Of a stretch of 64,000 bases of DNA, positions 46,985 to 57,086 are shown piece by piece (within the stretch, counting starts at the first letter, position 1; every line of letters begins with the position of its first letter). Origin of the DNA: a virus; the IMG/VR virus record IMGVR_UViG_3300037486_000490, positions 28,501 through 92,500 of that record. One strand, 5' to 3'. The notes beneath the pieces were generated by a model, which saw nothing but the letters and a program-made list of their open reading frames with translations, searched no databases and was not told the DNA's origin. The position numbers and the translations under genes are program-made.

Positions 46985-47951
46985 ATACTCGCTGCCATGC
47001 CGTCAGAGCCAGGGAGCGCTGAATGACGCACGATCAGCTATTGAAGAAGGGATGAACGGTGAACAGCTTTACCTTCATACCAGGTACCCTAAACTAAACA
47101 GATTGCTGCTTGGTGGTATCCGCTTCGATAACTTCGTGTTTATTGCAGGTCCCTCTGGCGGTGGTAAGAGTATGTTCCTTAACATCCTTCACAGGGACTT
47201 CCTGAACCCAGAGCTTAACAGCGGGTTCAAACATCCCTTTCGCATCCTTCATTTCAGCTTTGAAATGTCCGCGGGAGACGAGATGCTCAGGGCGGTATCC
47301 GGTATGATGAACACCAGTTACGGTAGCCTGCTTAGCGCAGAGACACCGCTGACTGATGAGATGTACCGGGAAGCTCTGTCATGCCTGGACAAACTCGTAA
47401 ATGACAAACTGTTCTATGTGGAGAAGGCTGGTACCCGGAATGAAATTCGTGAGACTATCTATAAGGTGCATGCCAGGTTCCCCAACGACAAGCTTGTCAT
47501 CACACTTGACCATAGCCTGCTTACAAAGTACCTGGACGAGGACAGTGAGGTGGAGCTTATGTCAGAGCTTGCCAAGATGTTCATAGAAGTAAGAAAGGAT
47601 CTGGGAGCGCTTATCATTATGCTGGGTCAGCTCAATGATAAAATTGAAGATCCGCGGAGAAGAGAACCGAACCAGGGCTCATTTCATTACCCTACCAAGA
47701 CCGATATCCATGGCTCGAAGCAGATATATCATGCAGCTGACGTTGTCATGGTGCTGCACCGACCGGAACTTCTCCAGATAGAGAACTACGGACCCAAGCG
47801 ATATCCGGCTCATAGCGCATTATTCCTGCATTGCCTAAAGCAACGCAAAGGTGATGTTGGCATAATAAGATTCACAAGTGACTTTGCACACGGCAACATT
47901 TATGAATATAACGATAACATTATGAGTGAAGTAAACATTTATGGAATTTAA
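46965..47951 (+). CDS. Replicative helicase (DnaB/SF4)
   Basis: IAGPSGGGKS, FSFEMS, TLDH, LGQLN, ADVVMVLHRP, KQRKG. Confidence 0.9.
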   Translation: METRNFEYSLPCRQSQGALNDARSAIEEGMNGEQLYLHTRYPKLNRLLLGGIRFDNFVFIAGPSGGGKSMFLNILHRDFLNPELNSGFKHPFRILHFSFEMSAGDEMLRAVSGMMNTSYGSLLSAETPLTDEMYREALSCLDKLVNDKLFYVEKAGTRNEIRETIYKVHARFPNDKLVITLDHSLLTKYLDEDSEVELMSELAKMFIEVRKDLGALIIMLGQLNDKIEDPRRREPNQGSFHYPTKTDIHGSKQIYHAADVVMVLHRPELLQIENYGPKRYPAHSALFLHCLKQRKGDVGIIRFTSDFAHGNIYEYNDNIMSEVNIYGI

Positions 47952-47966
47952 AAAAATGAAAACGTA

Positions 47967-48677
47967 ATGAAGTTACCAACACAGCCAAGCGGACCGCTGA
48001 GACGCGATCCAAAAGTCCTGATTATTTTCGGGCAAACCAAGGTGGGAAAGACTACCATGCTCTCAAAGTTACCGGCGAGCAAATACCTGGTAATAGATAC
48101 AGAGAAAGGTTCTGATTTCCTTACCGTCAACCGTCACCAGGTAAATAACCTGTCGGAACTCAAGCAGGTAATGGATGAACTTACCGCCAATATCTCCAAG
48201 TATCCATATGAGTACATCGTCATTGACACCATTGACAATGTTATAGAATGGTTTGAGAAATGGGTACTCATGAAAGAAGGCAAGGACACCCTGTCCGAGA
48301 TACCCTATGGTGGCGGTTACAGCCAAATAAGGGAAAGGGTCATGGGTGTTGTCGGTGCCTTTAAGGATTTGGACAAAAAGCTCATTCTCGTAGGTCATCG
48401 CAAGAAGACCAGTATCGAAAATGACGCCAAGGATGAGTTCTCTATCTCAACCCTGGACATCTCAGGCAAGCTGAAGAACTTCTTATGCGCGGATGCAGAT
48501 GCCATTGGCTATGTATACCGTGATGAAGAGTCCAAACTTGTCATCACCTTCAAACCAACAGATTTCCTGGAAGCCGGTGCTCGTCCGGAGCATCTCCGGG
48601 GAATGACTTTCCCCTTTGAATGGGAAAACATTTATGTGGACAGTATATCTTCCACACCAAAGGCGGCGGTAGTTTAA
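47967..48677 (+). CDS. AAA ATPase (Sak4/AAA_24-like recombinase)
   Basis: FGQTKVGKTT, IDTEKG, IVIDTID, LVGH, ADAIGY. Confidence 0.85.
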   Translation: MKLPTQPSGPLRRDPKVLIIFGQTKVGKTTMLSKLPASKYLVIDTEKGSDFLTVNRHQVNNLSELKQVMDELTANISKYPYEYIVIDTIDNVIEWFEKWVLMKEGKDTLSEIPYGGGYSQIRERVMGVVGAFKDLDKKLILVGHRKKTSIENDAKDEFSISTLDISGKLKNFLCADADAIGYVYRDEESKLVITFKPTDFLEAGARPEHLRGMTFPFEWENIYVDSISSTPKAAVV

Positions 48678-48810
48678 AGTATATACAGCTTTTTTATAAA
48701 ATTACGATTAAACAAAATAATATTCCGAATAAGAAGCTGTATCTTTATAATCTTCCACCTTTAACAAAAGAATATTTCGTTACTCATTTAAACTCACAAA
48801 AACATTTACT

Positions 48811-49437
48811 ATGTACGACATTAATGACAAGACAGAGAGCACATTTGTAAGCTTTACACCCGGTATTCAGGAGAACGTCCTGCTTGATGCAGTGAAATTC
48901 GAACCGGCTGATAAAGAAGGTCTAAAGGATAAAGTACTCCGGTTCGTATTTCGCGGTCCGGCAGGTGAAGTCCATACAGAGACCATCTTCCCCATCAACA
49001 AGGAGAATACCATCAAAGCAGCACAGAGCTGGAACCGTAACCCGAACGACGTTCTGAAGGAAGAGTCACTTGCCCTCACCGGCAAGGTCATGCACATCAT
49101 GACGACATTCATCCCCAAGGAACAGGCATTTCTCACAGCTTCAAGCTGGGAAGATTTCTGCGGTCAGGTCATCACCAAGCTTGGTGCTTCCTACAAGAAT
49201 GTTCCGGTACGCCTGAAAATTGTGCTGAACTCCAAGGATTACATGCAGCTTCCCAAGAAGGCAAAGGCGCCTTTCATCCAGAAGATGGCAGAAGCCAACA
49301 AGCTCGTTATCAATCCCAAGTACGACAACATCGTATATAAGATGAAAGCGGCTGTCATAGCTGATCCGTTTGCATCACCAACATCCAACTCTGAGCCGCT
49401 TACCATAGCTGCCAAGTCGGATCCGTTTGCATTTTAG
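48811..49437 (+). CDS. Putative SSB / recombination partner
   Basis: Follows the AAA ATPase; C-terminal DPFAF tail; terminator downstream. Confidence 0.5.
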   Translation: MYDINDKTESTFVSFTPGIQENVLLDAVKFEPADKEGLKDKVLRFVFRGPAGEVHTETIFPINKENTIKAAQSWNRNPNDVLKEESLALTGKVMHIMTTFIPKEQAFLTASSWEDFCGQVITKLGASYKNVPVRLKIVLNSKDYMQLPKKAKAPFIQKMAEANKLVINPKYDNIVYKMKAAVIADPFASPTSNSEPLTIAAKSDPFAF

Positions 49438-49446
49438 GTTATTAAC

Positions 49447-49475
49447 AGGAGAGGGAAATAAAACCCTCTCCTTTT
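49447..49475 (+). terminator. Intrinsic terminator
   Basis: AGGAGAGGG...CCCTCTCCT followed by TTT. Confidence 0.75.
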
Positions 49476-49487
49476 ATTCTTTGCTCT

Positions 49488-50498
49488 ATGTACACTATTC
49501 AACCCGAGGTCACCAAGACCTCTCTATTCCAATCAATACCACAAGAGCAGATTTTTGAAAAGTATCTCGGAATACCCGTTCAATTAGACGGACTGGTATG
49601 TTCGCCTATACGCAAAGACAAGACCCCCACATGCGGGTTCAAGTACTCACGCACGGGCGTTCTGTTCTTCCGGGATTTCAGCGGACACTTCTGGGGCAAT
49701 TGCATTGACCTGGTGATGTTCCTGTACAATGTGTCTTTCAAAGATGCATTGGATATCGTGGCAAAAGACTTCAATCTTATGCAAATAGAACTCGGAGAAC
49801 TGCCAAAGCTGGTATCCCGGTTCACACCTGAGGACATTAAAAAGGATAAAGCCACCTTCGAGATATCATGGAGAAAGTACAATAGATTAGATCTACTGTA
49901 TTGGAGCCGCTTCCATATAACAGAAAAGGATCTGTACAGTCTAAAAGTAGCACCGGTAGATGCCTTGTGGATCAATGGCAGTATTAATTACGGCTATATC
50001 TCATACGATCCTGCCTACGCAATAGTGCTGGCACCAGGACAGTATAAGATCTATTTCCCTTACAGCCAAACGCGCAGGTTCTTATGTAACACAAACCTTG
50101 TAATGGGATGGGAACAGCTGCCCACATCAGGTGAGCTTGTTATCATCACCAAGAGCTTCAAGGATATCCTGGTACTGAAGAAGTTCAACGTACCGGCAGT
50201 ATCATGGCAGGGAGAATCGATTATACCCGATGATGAAAGTATCCGGATGCTCCGGGCGAGATTTCATCGGGTCTATAGCCTGTACGATTTTGACCTCGCC
50301 GGCATACGCACTGCAAACAAGATGCGCAAGCGCTTTGGCATCCATCCCCTGTTCTTCACCAATGGCAGGTTCGGCTACCATGATTGCCATGCAAAGGATG
50401 CAGCAGAGTACATCGAGCAGCATGGGCTTGAAGGAGGTAAACAATTGTATGATAACTTTTTTAAAGTAATGATAGATGACCAAACAAATCCTTTTTGA
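49488..50498 (+). CDS. DNA primase (crAss-type DnaG, Toprim)
   Basis: CSPIRKDKTPTC, FRDF; IITKSFKD, YDFDLAG, KDAAEY. Confidence 0.88.
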   Translation: MYTIQPEVTKTSLFQSIPQEQIFEKYLGIPVQLDGLVCSPIRKDKTPTCGFKYSRTGVLFFRDFSGHFWGNCIDLVMFLYNVSFKDALDIVAKDFNLMQIELGELPKLVSRFTPEDIKKDKATFEISWRKYNRLDLLYWSRFHITEKDLYSLKVAPVDALWINGSINYGYISYDPAYAIVLAPGQYKIYFPYSQTRRFLCNTNLVMGWEQLPTSGELVIITKSFKDILVLKKFNVPAVSWQGESIIPDDESIRMLRARFHRVYSLYDFDLAGIRTANKMRKRFGIHPLFFTNGRFGYHDCHAKDAAEYIEQHGLEGGKQLYDNFFKVMIDDQTNPF

Positions 50499-51069
50499 AT
50501 TAAACATACCTGAGTATATCACCCACGTTCAGTTATCGCAGCACAGAAGAGTTAAGTACTATGCAAAAGGGGACAAAATTCCCGTAAAGCATGATAGCAA
50601 CATCTTCGACAAGCAGGGACGGCTACTGGGACCTAACGGAATACCAGTGGTGAAGAACCCGCGTGTGGCGGGTACTCCATCATGGAAGAAAATCAACGGA
50701 CAAGAATTCTACAAGGGAACCGGAAATCCCATCATGCGCTCGAAGGTAATAGGCGCCATGAAAGACTTCTTCCGTCCGTACTTCGATGACATATCCCCTA
50801 TAGCAGCAGACCAGATGCCAATTACGGTAGAGCTGGAGATCCATGACAACCCGGTAGACGAGTTTGACATAGACAACCTGGCGTGGGTGTATACTAAGGT
50901 AATCCTTGACGTCATGACCGAGAAGAAGATCGTGCCTGACGACAATGTGAATTTCATAGCAAAGAGCGGCGGGTGCCAGTTCGTACGCACCAAGCCAGGA
51001 GAACTCAGGCAGTTGATAGTATCAGTAAGCAAAAATGAATATGCAGAGAATCAAAAAGTAATATACTAA
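50476..51069 (+). CDS. RusA-like Holliday junction resolvase
   Basis: FDIDNL...KVILDVM...IVPDDN. Confidence 0.7.
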   Translation: MTKQILFELNIPEYITHVQLSQHRRVKYYAKGDKIPVKHDSNIFDKQGRLLGPNGIPVVKNPRVAGTPSWKKINGQEFYKGTGNPIMRSKVIGAMKDFFRPYFDDISPIAADQMPITVELEIHDNPVDEFDIDNLAWVYTKVILDVMTEKKIVPDDNVNFIAKSGGCQFVRTKPGELRQLIVSVSKNEYAENQKVIY

Positions 51070-51098
51070 CCGGTATTATACCAACAAGTACAATATAC

Positions 51099-53324
51099 AT
51101 GGAATTAAAGAATTTTACAGACGTCGGAGTGGACGTCACAGAGGTCGACGAATCTATTGACTTCTCCATCGACCAGGAGAGCCTGGGAGTGCTGTTCAAG
51201 GGATTTTCCGACGGACTGTACTCTAATAAGATAGGATCAATCGTAAGAGAAATTACATCAAACTGTTTCGATTCTCATATTGAAGCAGCCATTACCCGCC
51301 CGGTTACCATCGAAATGACTTCTCCAGACGGTTATACCGGTACTCCCGGGAGCATAAGCTTTATTGACTACGGAGTGGGACTTTCACCTGAGAGGATGAG
51401 AAACATCTATTCAAAATATTTCGCATCCACCAAACGTACAACCAACGACCAGATCGGTGGGTTCGGCATAGGTGCCAAAAGTCCCCTTTCATATATCGAC
51501 AGCTTCACAGCCATAACACGCTTTGAGGGAATAGAGTATGTGTATATCATTCACCGTGGCGTAAAAGTACCCCAGGTACAGCTCGTTGAGAAGAACCCGA
51601 CAGACAAGCATAACGGAACAGAGATTAAGATACCGATAAAGAACAAGAACGATTTTAATGATTTCCAGCGGGAAATACATAACCAACTCGCATTCTTTGA
51701 CAACATTAATTATATCAACTGCGGGATGGACAACAACTACAAGCTTTATCAAGGCAAGCATTTCATCGTACGCTGTGATAATAGTGTAAGTGATGATAGA
51801 TTGGAACCAAGCATATGCCTGGGGAAAGTGAAATATCCCATTGACTGGAACCAGGTTAAAAATCTCAACAGATATGAGTTTGATTCACCTATTGCCCTTC
51901 GGTTTGATATAGGAGAGCTTACGGTAACAATGAACCGAGAGAGTATAGAGTACACTGATAAAGTCAAAGCAGCAATAAATCAAAAGTTCATTGATGCAGC
52001 AGCTGAACTTCAAAAACTTTCGGATAGCACCACTGAGACTGTAGATGACTTTAGTGTTTATATGGAGCTGGTAAAGAATGATACTCCCGTACTGAAGCTT
52101 GACAAAGATGTATTTATAAATGTCAAAGGTTTTATTAAGCCCAGACCAGCTCAGTACAAGGAGTTTTTAAAGTTCCCCCCGAGCTTTACTTTTCCAAGGA
52201 ATAACCCATTCTTTCAGTATGAGGTACCAGGATTTATAGATTTTACCGGCACGATGAAAAGTCAGGAGAACTCAAGAAGAAGATACTCGTCGGTAAAAGG
52301 TATTAAGGAACTCATAGATAAGAAATACAAAATCTTTCGTGTTGCAGGAACTGCCGGTAAGCGTAAGAATCTGTATCTGCATTCAATACATGGGGATTTC
52401 TATGTAGTAAGAAAAGCAACGGATCCACCAGATATTGACAGGCTTTTGTTTTCAGTCGTAACTGACTCTGCAGTTGCAAAAGAAGTATGTGAGATATACT
52501 CACAAGTAGTATTGAAATACCTGCTTGCACATTCGGAAAGCTACGATAAAACTCCCGTGGACGATGCATGGTTAACAACCTATATCGCTGACCTGCGCAA
52601 CCATACAGAAGTAAGAGACAGGACTTTAATATTCTACCGTGAGTATGCAGGCGTTTCCAGATACGACAGGACGTTTGAATCGAACAAGATGAAGTATTCC
52701 GACTTTGTGAAAAGACTAAAGCATAACCAGGTCATCGTGTACGGAAATATCGAGGAAAGTGATAAGTTGGAGACTTTTGGGAAGATAATTGCAAGACAGA
52801 AAAACCTGTCAACCAAGGACTCAATCAATAAGAAGGCAATACGCATTCTAAAGATCTCTAAGGAAAACATAAAGATCGTAAGCCAGCTCCCGGGTGCAAT
52901 CAGCATCGACCAGGCGTTTGTGAGATTTCATAAGCATATCACAAGGTGTAAATTACGTGATGATCTCAGAGCTGTCTTCAAATCAGGAGGCGTCTATGAC
53001 CATGTAATAGAACCTTGCTTTCCCAGGATTAAGAAGATATGCCGGGAGATTGCAGAAGAGTCAGTTGAAAAGGTTTTCTCTGCCGTATCGGAGTATCCAA
53101 CAGAAGTAGTTGATAATATCATAGCTACCTCCGGACCTCATCCTTCACTTGCACATTTGTTTACAGAAGTGAAAAAAGTAGAAGCGTGGTATAATGCTAT
53201 GCCCTTACTTGATTTTATTGAAGGTCATGATATTTCCAGAGAAGACGAAGAAGATCAGAAACCCTTGTATGATGCCATTAAAAAGTATGCCAGACAAAAT
53301 GTTAAATCAATTTTAAACTATTAA
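51099..53324 (+). CDS. rIIA: rIIA-like protein with N-terminal GHKL ATPase
   Basis: LYSNKIGSIVREITSNCFDSH, DYGVGLS, STKR...IGGFGIGAKSP, NGTEIKI. Confidence 0.85.
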   Translation: MELKNFTDVGVDVTEVDESIDFSIDQESLGVLFKGFSDGLYSNKIGSIVREITSNCFDSHIEAAITRPVTIEMTSPDGYTGTPGSISFIDYGVGLSPERMRNIYSKYFASTKRTTNDQIGGFGIGAKSPLSYIDSFTAITRFEGIEYVYIIHRGVKVPQVQLVEKNPTDKHNGTEIKIPIKNKNDFNDFQREIHNQLAFFDNINYINCGMDNNYKLYQGKHFIVRCDNSVSDDRLEPSICLGKVKYPIDWNQVKNLNRYEFDSPIALRFDIGELTVTMNRESIEYTDKVKAAINQKFIDAAAELQKLSDSTTETVDDFSVYMELVKNDTPVLKLDKDVFINVKGFIKPRPAQYKEFLKFPPSFTFPRNNPFFQYEVPGFIDFTGTMKSQENSRRRYSSVKGIKELIDKKYKIFRVAGTAGKRKNLYLHSIHGDFYVVRKATDPPDIDRLLFSVVTDSAVAKEVCEIYSQVVLKYLLAHSESYDKTPVDDAWLTTYIADLRNHTEVRDRTLIFYREYAGVSRYDRTFESNKMKYSDFVKRLKHNQVIVYGNIEESDKLETFGKIIARQKNLSTKDSINKKAIRILKISKENIKIVSQLPGAISIDQAFVRFHKHITRCKLRDDLRAVFKSGGVYDHVIEPCFPRIKKICREIAEESVEKVFSAVSEYPTEVVDNIIATSGPHPSLAHLFTEVKKVEAWYNAMPLLDFIEGHDISREDEEDQKPLYDAIKKYARQNVKSILNY

Positions 53325-53326
53325 AT

Positions 53327-54733
53327 ATGAACAGAGTATTTGCTTTACGGAGCGGAACCAACGTCACGCTCAACATCAACGGCGCCTACAGCACTCTTGT
53401 ACTGGAAACAGAAGAAGAAGCTGAAGACGTTTTCAAGAAGGCTCTGGAAGCCAAGCTTGATGGCTCGGATGCAGCTGTACAGGCTCTCAGGGACTTTGCC
53501 GATCCTTCTTTCAGGATAGCCGACAGCGGCATTCTTGAGAAAGACCGTGTAGGTCGTTACTTCCTTAAAGGATATAAAGTACCGGTACCTGAAACTCTTG
53601 TGCAGAAGATCAAGGAGTATGCCAAGAACGGATACCCGCTTACAGCTCTGGAGAATTTCTGGAAGCTCTGTATGCTGAACCCGGACGACAGGGCTCGTGA
53701 AGACCTGTTTACGTTTGCCGATCAGTTCCATTTTCCTATAACAGACAGTGGTTACTTTATCGCTTACAAGTCTGTAGCCGGCATCAACATGAAGAACAAG
53801 AACTATGGTCTCTTTATTGCACAGCAGTTTGTCAATATGAAAGCTGCAATGCACGAGAACCCTGCAGATTTCTCGGTCATTCGTATCGGACGAGATCCTG
53901 AGGACTGGACATTTGAGGCAATGAAAACTGCTGAAATTGACCAATGGATCGTTGCTAAAGTAGAAGATGAAGACTTTTCTGTAGCTGATGATGCAGCTGG
54001 GTGGATGTATGAAAACCACAAGATTGAATGGCTTCCCCTTGCAGATCATTTGACCAGTGAGGAAGTAATTACACTTGCAAAGTCCAAAGGCTTTGTAGAA
54101 CAGGATCCTAAAGACATCTGGATGGAGACCAATTATTTCAACAACCTGGGAACGCTTGAGGAGCTGTTTCATAAGCTCAATGAGTTGTTTGAACAGGAAG
54201 AGATGTCATTCACCGACTGGCACACCAAGAAAATGACCATTAAACTCGGTCAGGTTGTTGAGATGGAGAGAAAAACATGTGACACTGATCCTCAGAACGC
54301 CTGTTCTTACGGTCTGCATGTAGGTGCACCGGCTTACGTTACCGATTTCAACAAACAAGATGATCAGTTCATCCTTGCAGTTCTCGTTAACCCGGCTCAT
54401 GTCATTGCAGTTCCTAAGGACCATTCGTTCCAGAAGATGCGGGTATGTGAGTATTATCCCTATGCTATCTGTGAAGTAACTGACAAAGGTTACCTCAAAG
54501 AACTGGAGACACCGTATTTCGAAGCTAACTACTGCGGATACGAGAAGAACCAGCTTGAAGCACAGCTCAGGGAAACACAAAAGGTTCTCAACGAACGCAT
54601 TGACCTCACACCTGAGGAAGAAGCATCCTTGCAAGCAATGAGTGAACTCATTGTGAATAGGCTGTTCCTTATCGGCGATGCAGTCATGGAACCGGCAGTT
54701 GCCGAATTACCTACTGCTACGGAAACATTTTAA
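53327..54733 (+). CDS. rIIB: rIIB-like protein
   Basis: NFWKLCMLNP, ITDSGYFIAYK, CDTDPQNACSYGLHVG, VNPAHVIAVP, KMRVCEYYP. Confidence 0.85.
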   Translation: MNRVFALRSGTNVTLNINGAYSTLVLETEEEAEDVFKKALEAKLDGSDAAVQALRDFADPSFRIADSGILEKDRVGRYFLKGYKVPVPETLVQKIKEYAKNGYPLTALENFWKLCMLNPDDRAREDLFTFADQFHFPITDSGYFIAYKSVAGINMKNKNYGLFIAQQFVNMKAAMHENPADFSVIRIGRDPEDWTFEAMKTAEIDQWIVAKVEDEDFSVADDAAGWMYENHKIEWLPLADHLTSEEVITLAKSKGFVEQDPKDIWMETNYFNNLGTLEELFHKLNELFEQEEMSFTDWHTKKMTIKLGQVVEMERKTCDTDPQNACSYGLHVGAPAYVTDFNKQDDQFILAVLVNPAHVIAVPKDHSFQKMRVCEYYPYAICEVTDKGYLKELETPYFEANYCGYEKNQLEAQLRETQKVLNERIDLTPEEEASLQAMSELIVNRLFLIGDAVMEPAVAELPTATETF

Positions 54734-54741
54734 TTAACAAT

Positions 54742-54768
54742 GGGAGAGGGATGATACCCTCTCCCTTT
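54742..54768 (+). terminator. Intrinsic terminator
   Basis: GGGAGAGGG...CCCTCTCCC followed by TTT. Confidence 0.7.
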
Positions 54769-54780
54769 AATTATTTCAGT

Positions 54781-55470
54781 ATGATAATAGGATTTAGCAG
54801 TCACCAGAGGAGCGGCAAGGACTCGGCAGGTAAAATGCTGACAGATCTTGCACAGAAAGACGGAATTGAGTTTACGAATAAGAAGTTTGCAGGATACCTG
54901 AAGACCATAACAGCAATGCTTACAGGAATACCTGAAGCGCTTCTTGAAGATGATGACATGAAGAGATCATTCCTTCCAGCCGAATGGGATGATGTAAATC
55001 TAATAAGGCTGGTAGGGAATGTTATAGATGCAAAGATGACCGTCCGTGAGTTCATGCAGAAGATCGGTACAGACGCCATCAGGAACAATCTTCATCCAAA
55101 TACATGGGTGAATGCACTCATGAAGGACTATGTTCCGAAGTTGTATTCAGAACCAGTTCCCAATGACAATGATTGGAACATGCGTATTGTACACCACTCT
55201 TCAAACTGGATCATCACCGATGTCAGGTTCCCAAACGAATTTGACGCTATACGTGCAAGAGGTGGCATACTTATACGTATAAACCGTGGTGGACCACCTC
55301 AAGACATCCACATGTCCGAGATAGCTCTTGACCTGGTGAAGAACTGGGACTATATCATTGATAATAACGGCACCTTGGAAGAATTACAAACAAAACTAAA
55401 ACACATATGGGACGAAATAAGAGACAACATGACGATTACGTCAGACAAAATATCTCAGTTGACCAGGTAA
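54781..55470 (+). CDS. Deoxynucleoside monophosphate kinase
   Basis: MIIGFSSHQRSGKDS, FAGYLK, REFMQKIGTD, ITDVRFPNE, HMSE, IDNNGT. Confidence 0.9.
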   Translation: MIIGFSSHQRSGKDSAGKMLTDLAQKDGIEFTNKKFAGYLKTITAMLTGIPEALLEDDDMKRSFLPAEWDDVNLIRLVGNVIDAKMTVREFMQKIGTDAIRNNLHPNTWVNALMKDYVPKLYSEPVPNDNDWNMRIVHHSSNWIITDVRFPNEFDAIRARGGILIRINRGGPPQDIHMSEIALDLVKNWDYIIDNNGTLEELQTKLKHIWDEIRDNMTITSDKISQLTR

Positions 55471-55811
55471 GAGCTATCTGTAAAGATTTTTTTAACGTGA
55501 ATACGATACTGTATGAAGGACGTAAACCTTATATGGTTCAGACCAAGCGGTTTACCATATATGCTCTGAAGTACTTCTTCCGGGAGCTTTCAGGAAATCA
55601 GCTGGCTATGTATGTGCATCTAAGGAATCATGCTACAATAATCTATCATGTACGAACAATAGATACCCAGCTGGAGATTGAGCAGCGACAGGTGAACAAA
55701 CCATTCACGATCACCTGGGAGAACCTTAAGGATCGTATCATCAGGGCTGCAAGGGAAAAAGAACTTGAGAGAGCAATTCACATTCAACACCAAGCACTTA
55801 TAATAGCATAA
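55407..55811 (+). CDS. DnaA C-terminal (domain IV)-like DNA-binding protein
   Basis: ISVDQVRAICKDFFNV...GRKPYMVQTKR...RNHATIIYHVRTI resembles the DnaA RDHTTV signature. Confidence 0.65.
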   Translation: MGRNKRQHDDYVRQNISVDQVRAICKDFFNVNTILYEGRKPYMVQTKRFTIYALKYFFRELSGNQLAMYVHLRNHATIIYHVRTIDTQLEIEQRQVNKPFTITWENLKDRIIRAAREKELERAIHIQHQALIIA

Positions 55812-55812
55812 T

Positions 55813-56820
55813 ATGGAAAACTACTATCTTAATCCGGCTATCAGCAACTCATCTTTGAGTTACATAGACCCGGAGACCGGTGGATGCCCGGAGAAATTTA
55901 AAGCATACATAGACGGCATACTTGATGATGAAAAGAGTCCGTCACTTGAGAAAGGCGACTTTATACATAAGTACATACTCACTCCTGATGAGTTCTCAGT
56001 GCTGACATGCGACATGCCCTCGCCGGCTATCCGCGATATCGTGAAGGGTGTATTTAGCATGGCTGCATTTAAGAAAAGTGCGGAAGAACAGGCAGTACTC
56101 GTTTTTGATCAGTACAAAGAGCAGATTATGGCTAAAATTGTTGAATGTGGATATCAAACTAACTGGAAAGACGCCACCAGGCTGAACAAAGTCATTGAGA
56201 TGGGTACTCCCTACTTCGATGCCCTGAAGGTAGCCGGTGACCGAACGATTATAGATGCTGAGCTGTACGAAACAGTGAAGAAATGCGCAGCCAGCGTAGA
56301 GCGTAATGATGCAGCCAAGCTCCTTCTGGTGAACTCACCCGGGCAGGATGTGTACAACGAGGAAGAAATATACTGGACAGAGGAATGGGGCGGGCTTAAG
56401 CTCAGCTTCAAAGCCAAGATAGACAGGCTCGTGGTGGATCACAAGGCAAAGACGTTCTCCATCGTGGACTTTAAGACAACGAGTAAATTCATTGTCAACT
56501 TCCCGGAGAGTGTTGAATATTACCATTACTACCGCCAACTTTCGTTCTATGACCATGCAGTGAAGATCTGGCTGGAAAAGAAAGGGTTTAGCAACTACCA
56601 GGCAGACGATCATTACCTGGTAGCAGTAGAGACCAAGGGATACAATTTATGCAGGGTTTATATCATTAGTGAACCGTATCTGCGTAAGGGTAGGGTGGAG
56701 ACAGCGAATCTGTTGAACAGGATCGTATATCACTTTTCTACAGCTGATTGGGTGAATCCTAAAGAAGAGCAGGAGACAGTAAATAAGACATATATTCTTT
56801 TGCCAAAAGAATACATTTAG
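55813..56820 (+). CDS. PD-(D/E)XK exonuclease (RecE/DUF3799-like)
   Basis: ISNSSL, GDFIH, KAKIDRL, IVDFKTT, YYRQLSFY. Confidence 0.85.
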   Translation: MENYYLNPAISNSSLSYIDPETGGCPEKFKAYIDGILDDEKSPSLEKGDFIHKYILTPDEFSVLTCDMPSPAIRDIVKGVFSMAAFKKSAEEQAVLVFDQYKEQIMAKIVECGYQTNWKDATRLNKVIEMGTPYFDALKVAGDRTIIDAELYETVKKCAASVERNDAAKLLLVNSPGQDVYNEEEIYWTEEWGGLKLSFKAKIDRLVVDHKAKTFSIVDFKTTSKFIVNFPESVEYYHYYRQLSFYDHAVKIWLEKKGFSNYQADDHYLVAVETKGYNLCRVYIISEPYLRKGRVETANLLNRIVYHFSTADWVNPKEEQETVNKTYILLPKEYI

Positions 56821-56918
56821 CAAGAGGTTTATAAATAAGCAAAATAAAATGTGGATTATACATTTATAATGTTATCTTCGCAGCATATTCTTTAGCTACT
56901 GTCTAATTAAATATATAA

Positions 56919-57086
56919 ATGCCTTATTATTCACCTGTTTGTCGTGCTTGTAACTATACAAGCAATGTGATTTTTCAATCACAGGGGAAGTGCGAACGAT
57001 GTGGAGAACCTCTTCCTATAATACCTTCAGTAAAAACTAATGGATCTCGAAAAAGTAAAACACCAGATAAGGAAAGAAGACTCTAA
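56919..57086 (+). CDS. Small zinc-ribbon protein (55 aa)
   Basis: MPYYSPVCRACNY...GKCERCGEPL, manually translated. Confidence 0.55.
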   Translation: MPYYSPVCRACNYTSNVIFQSQGKCERCGEPLPIIPSVKTNGSRKSKTPDKERRL

